Part shown: positions 57,954-64,000 of the stretch, one piece after another
Numbering within the stretch: the first letter of the stretch is position 1
How the letters are laid out: each line of letters opens with the position of its first letter
Assembly (NCBI RefSeq): GCF_006345805.1
Contig: NC_043005.1
Location: forward strand, 101,432,001-101,496,000
Reading direction: 5' to 3'
DNA: 64,000 bases
DNA from: Octopus sinensis
Taxonomy: Eukaryota
Made by a program: the position numbers and the translations under genes
The notes under the pieces: generated by a model
Database searches by the model: none
What the model saw: only the letters and a program-made list of their open reading frames with translations
What the model was told of the DNA's origin: nothing

Positions 57954-60544
57954 CTAAATAGAATTGAAAAGGGATATCAAACTATGTGGTAATCAATATG
58001 TACAACGCTCACACACACACATACACACAGATTCTACAAAGTTCAAATTCAGCCCATTATCAAATTCAATCAACCAAATTTCAATGAAAAATAAATGATT
58101 TTAAAGAAGTTAAAGACTATGTATGAAACTTGATAACATTTTAGAGCTACTGATAGAGTTTAGTACAGAACTCGGGCCAAAAGTAAAAAGTTTGTAGTTT
58201 ATACTTCTTCCTGTTTTCTTCAGTCTAAAAATTGTAGTAATTTAGTTTCGGGCACTTCAAAATGACATGTACATAAATTTCAAATACAGAATATGTCATC
58301 CCCCAATTTAGGTTTATGTGGGGAACAATATATAAACAATGTTGTTAAAATAGTCTCAAAGACTATATTGAAATTCTTGCAGATTTCATAAAGTTAATTA
58401 TTGATAAAAACATTTTTCTGTTGGTCATTTTTGTTATTTCATTCCAATGAAAATATATTTGGAATATCAGAAGTATATACTAACTCAAACTGTAATGATA
58501 TCAAAGAACAGTATGTTCTAAAACAACCTTGAAATATCTCACAAAGATCGTTTAGCTATCTAACTTGACTTTAGACATACAAGTTAGTAGCACTAATAAA
58601 GGAAATACAACATTAATTAAATGTGTTTGATTATTCATTATAGAGATTTAAGCCACTTTGCTTTGTATTTTATTGCCTCTTCAAGTTAAGAATCAACAGA
58701 AGCAATAATTATTTATTGAAGGTGAATTAAAAGAAAAAAAAAAGGAGGGGATACACTTCTTGATGTTAAGAGGAATACACTTCTATAAAACTGCCAACAT
58801 ATTCTAGAGCAATTGAAGGAGCTCATTATTGATAATTATGGAGATTAACATATGCAATATACTAAGACAACCATTTCATATACAATAAATGTATAAAGGT
58901 GTACAGACAAGGAGGAGTAAGGAAAGAGAAAGAGAGAAAGAGTGGAACAAAGCAGTGAGAGGAGAGGACAAGATAAGAGCTAGAAGAATTACAAGAAAAA
59001 AACAGAGAGAATGAGAAAATCAGTGGAAAAATTGAAGGTAGAGTGAGTAATATAACTAGAAGATGGGGGTAGAATAGAAACAGTTTGTCTGCCCTTCAGT
59101 ACATGTTAGAAAATAAATAGAAATTACATAATAAAAAAAAACAACTGAAATACAAACATAAAACATTTTATATGCAAAGAAAACTCTTTTACTGGATAAT
59201 TTTGAAAATATTCAACTTGAAAATAAAATATAAATAATTCTGAATAGAAAGAAAGTTTCCTAATATTAAATTTACATAAAACTTGAAAGCAGTTTGCTTT
59301 CACAGAGATACCCCACGGAAACTGAAAAGAGGTAATATACACATATGTGTAAACAAAGTTTGTTTTTGTTGCCTTTATTTTTAATAAGGGAAAAATAAGG
59401 TAAATGAAAATAAAAATGAAATAAACCTTTCTGTCAAAAAATCCAGTTTATAATAAGTGAGTTTTTTTTTTCTGGGGACCAAACTAAAACCCATGAGAAC
59501 TTACACCTTTTTAAAATCAACTTTTCTAAAAATAAACACTATAAAAAATATGAAATTTTGAAAAGTCAATTTCAACAGAGCAAATAGATTTCCAAAAACA
59601 AAACCAATGACCCAACTAATAGAAACTGAAAAAAGGGTACACATAACTGAAGAGCAATATTTGCTACATATTTCCAATTTTAGAACAATAATTATTTAGA
59701 AGAAAATTGGGAATCTTCTCAGTCTACTTTAACGTAAACAATGTCTTAATTAATAGCCATAAATGTAAGTACTGAAGCAATGGTTTTTTTATTGAATCTT
59801 TATCAATTAACATAACAGTTAATTAACAAAAGACATGTCTTCAACTGATTTAACTTTTACAAAGTAAATACAGGCTACGTACATCTCATTTAAAATGATA
59901 AACCCTAAACCCCATAATTAAAGACAATAATTCTATATTTTATGGAAATTGAAAGACCAAAGAGAAAATAAAAACAAGTAAATAACTCTAATATATTTTG
60001 AAAAATAAGAACCAGCCATCCTCAATAATACAAAATAGAGTTTGACATAATGGAAAGAGAAAAAATCCATAAATACATTTAGTGCATGATCATTTAATTA
60101 GCAAGGGTCAGATCACAAACATTCACTGTTACCATTTGACAGAAGACATGCTCATGGTTTTGCAGAGTATGAAAAGCCAGTATTTCGTAAGGCAATATCC
60201 AACAGCTGGATCTGAATTTAAAGCAAAGCAAAACAGCTTAATCATATGTGCCAAAGATAGACATCTTAAGAATAGTCTACCAATAACCAATAGAGAAGTT
60301 TGAAACCCATCGTTTTTGGCCAATATAATCATGCTCCGAAATCTTCCACATTCAAATTGTAAACTAAATAAAAATTCCATGCAGCTTGATTATGAACAGT
60401 GTGTTCATAGAGCTAGAATATAGATAATAATAATAATAATAAATAAAAAGGAAAAAAAGAAAAGCAATGAAATGACAAAAATAAAATCATCAGTGCATGT
60501 TGGAACTGAAATTGAAGCAAGCAGAGGACAAATTTAAAACTCTA

Positions 60545-60700
<156 letters not shown>

Positions 60701-60726
60701 CTAAAAATAATTAGTGAAGGTGGTTA

Positions 60727-60906
<180 letters not shown>

Positions 60907-61154
60907 TTAACAAAGAATCTTAAAAATATAAAAACAACAAAAGAGAAAAATAGAGAAATAAAAGATAACAAAATAAATTATTTAGCAGCAATATTAATTA
61001 TATTTCAAGCATAACAAATTAAAATAATCAAAATTTTAAAAATTTATATTAGCCAACTAATTGGACTTGGAGTGCAAAACTTAGATTTCAAAGTAGTTCA
61101 GAATTGTAATAAATCAGAAAACAGAACCAAAAAAATATCAATTCTAAGGGGTTA

Positions 61155-61355
<201 letters not shown>

Positions 61356-62666
61356 TTAGTAATGATGATGATTATATCTGTATGTAATGTAAATAAAAAA
61401 AATTACACCAACAAAACTTGAATTCACATTAACAAATATATTGTAACATTGAACCTGACATTAAAAGCTAACTGAGGAAATACCTCGAGAGAAATAAAAT
61501 ATAGTTAAGCCATTAACTGGTAAAGAATATTCTGAGAATTTAAAATTCTAAGAACTTGTACATGAGGAAAAGCCCCACATCTAGTCTTCATATATACAGC
61601 AAAAAATTGTGATGATCTTTGTTTTTTAATTCCTTTTAAGACCTGCACTAGAAATATATGTCATCACATTAATATAAATTCAGACATTGATATAATCTAA
61701 TATTTTTACACTCTGAGACATTTTAAAAATTGAATTTAACAATGTATAACTTGTTAAACAGTTGTAATGATATCTAAACCACTGAAGTATGCAATCCAAG
61801 TTTTATATCACATACAAGATATTTAATTCATTAAATTTAGTTTCACAAAACATCTAATAAATACAAAAGCAAAACAAAAAAAAAATAACTCCTACAACTG
61901 TAACATAAATGAAAATACACAAATTTATGTACAAAAACAGCTGATTCCTAACTAGAAAAATGCAGAAATTAAATCACCAAATGAATATTATCTAGTGTAA
62001 TAAATTCAGTGTAAGTTCCTATTGAGAAACATATTGAGACATTTCCTGTTAAAAAGCTTCATTAATTTTGAAGTTTTAAACTCAATTTAGGAGCAGCGAA
62101 ATATACTTCCATTCACTAAATAATTCACATTAAAATGTGTATAGCAGTAATTTAATGAATACTTTTGTAAATGTTACTACAACAAGGTCAGCCAATGGTA
62201 ATACTGATAAATCTAATCCATAAAATTGTAAAATTAGTCATTAACAATTTTCAAATATCCAAAAATGTTATTTGAACCCAGGAAATAAATTTATGAAATG
62301 AAAAAAAAAAAAATATTTTAATACAAAGTCAGTGATTACTCAAATCGCATTTTTTTTTTTTTTTGTAAGATCTTTTTTTTTTTTTTTTGTAAGTTATTCA
62401 AAATGGACTGAATCGCTGACAGAAAAGGAAAAAAATCCACATTTCAAGAAATTATTCTGCTTCAGTATAAAGCCAAAAATATTTAGTTTAAAAAAAAAAA
62501 AACGAAAAAAAAAGAAAATCCTCTTTTTAACGAATTCTTTCTTTTGATACTGTGCAAATAAATGGTAGAAACATACCAGTTCAAAGTCTTACTATACATA
62601 TAATAACAAGCAAGCAAATATTTAAAAAAAACTTTAATTAATAATGTACCCACTTCCAATTGATAC

Positions 62667-62696
62667 CTGTTAATTGTGAGGAAGATAATGAAGAAA
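62667..62696 (-). CDS. elav: candidate 30-nt in-frame microexon of the ELAV gene
   Basis: AAACTAG|TTTCTTCATTATCTTCCTCACAATTAACAG|GTATCA. Phase 1-1 symmetric and stop-free (xSSLSSSQLT), preceded by TACTGAT and a pyrimidine-rich AG-free stretch. No transcript evidence. Confidence 0.45.
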
Positions 62697-64000
62697 CTAG
62701 TTTAAGTAAAAGGTAAATAAATATATGGTAGAAAAGATCAGTAAACGGTAAGGAAAAAAAACCATTAGTTTCTTACTGCAGTAAGGAGAGCCTAGATAAA
62801 GGCAAACAGCAAATTTAAGCAAAGTATAAAACATAATCATTGTAATTCTTAAGTAGAGTAACATGCATACTATTAAAAGGTTAATGTCTGCCTCTACACG
62901 CATATACTGTATATTTGTACACAAAAAAAACACATGATTAGATTGTGTAGCACATGTTCACATTATTCAAAGGTGTTCCAAAAGCTTCTACCCATTCAAA
63001 ATTGCATCAGAAAATGTTTAAAATGAATAAAAACCATTGAAAACACTAAGTAAATAATAAAAAGACATCACACAATCAGCATGTATTTCTCCACTATGTC
63101 ACTCAGCCAGATTTTATCACAAAAATATAAGGATTCAATCAGAGTTATCAATGCTGCTAGTAGATGCCAAGGAAAGAAACCTGAATGAATTAGTAATTTT
63201 ATAACCAGTTTGACATGCTGTTAACACAAGAATGTAAAGGTTAGAGGTTAAAGGTTCAACTCAAGTTAAAGTATTCTTTTCTGTATCATTTCTGTAATGG
63301 GTGGATTTTTCTGAGTGAAAATTTTGTGGAACAGATTATTATTGATCATAGGAGCTGAGGTTTTGCATGTAAATGAACACTATGATTTAAGTGAGTGTAT
63401 ATGATAACTTACACTGAGAACTAAATAGCAGAGTTTGTGCTGAATGGGCAAGAGCAGTAACCATTATTGAGAGTCAAACATGCCATGCCAATGTCTTTTT
63501 TAGGACAACTACAATTGTATAGTTGAGAATATTTAATGTGTTTGCCATTCTTCAAGATTGTTCAATTAGCATCTATATCTTGCAATAATTTGCCATATTT
63601 TCTGTCCTAATATTAGCCTAAAGAAGTTCAGACAAAACATCAAACACATCAACTCTAAGCTCTCCTTATAGTCTTCTTTAGGATGTAAATTAAAAATGGT
63701 ATAAGTATTGCAGTTCCTTCTTTAAAGTTCTCTATTACTAAAATGGCAAAGTCTGTAGTTTAACAATTAACATGCAGTTGATACATTCAACAAATGACTT
63801 GTTTAATTCATGCTGGAGTTAATCATAAGACTTATTATTATTATTATGATTATGAGGTGCATAAATATACCTTTGGACTATTTCTATTAGTGAGACAAAT
63901 AGATATCCAAAATTTAGTTAGTACAACAGGAAGAAACTAGAAATGGGTACTTTACCAACAAAAATTTAAAACGTTCATCCTATCAAGACAGAAATTTATT

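Noticed and set aside
60132-60211. Possible extra cassette exon in the intron after the duplicated exons (TTCAG| ... ATG|GTAACA)
   Set aside because: Not frame-preserving (phase 1 to 2) and no similarity to ELAV; a third copy of the duplicated exon was not found.
63067-63198. Branch point plus acceptor (TACTAATTCATTCAG) in the upstream intron
   Set aside because: The following sequence does not resemble RRM1 and reaches a stop without a convincing in-frame donor.

Overview
This is AT-rich eukaryotic DNA, most likely a cephalopod (octopus); that assignment is inferred from the SINE families and huge compound microsatellites. Nearly all ORFs in the supplied track are microsatellite artefacts. 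Bases 1 to ~43.4 kb are saturated with repeats: tRNA-derived SINEs, non-autonomous Helitrons, hAT MITEs, LINE and Penelope-like relics with hammerhead-like motifs, and a 100-N gap. Bases ~43.5-64 kb are almost free of transposons and hold the 3' part of an ELAV/Hu-family three-RRM RNA-binding protein gene on the minus strand; its 5' exons lie beyond the window end. The main finding is two tandemly duplicated, intact 154-nt exons (end of RRM1 plus first half of RRM2) separated by only 46 nt, which look like mutually exclusive exons giving two RRM2 variants. Other candidates are a 30-nt in-frame microexon in the RRM1 loop, an 82-codon in-frame extension after the stop ending in a hydrophobic stretch plus CaaX-like CPIV, and a ~12.8-kb U-rich 3'UTR ending at a canonical poly(A) site near 44.45 kb.
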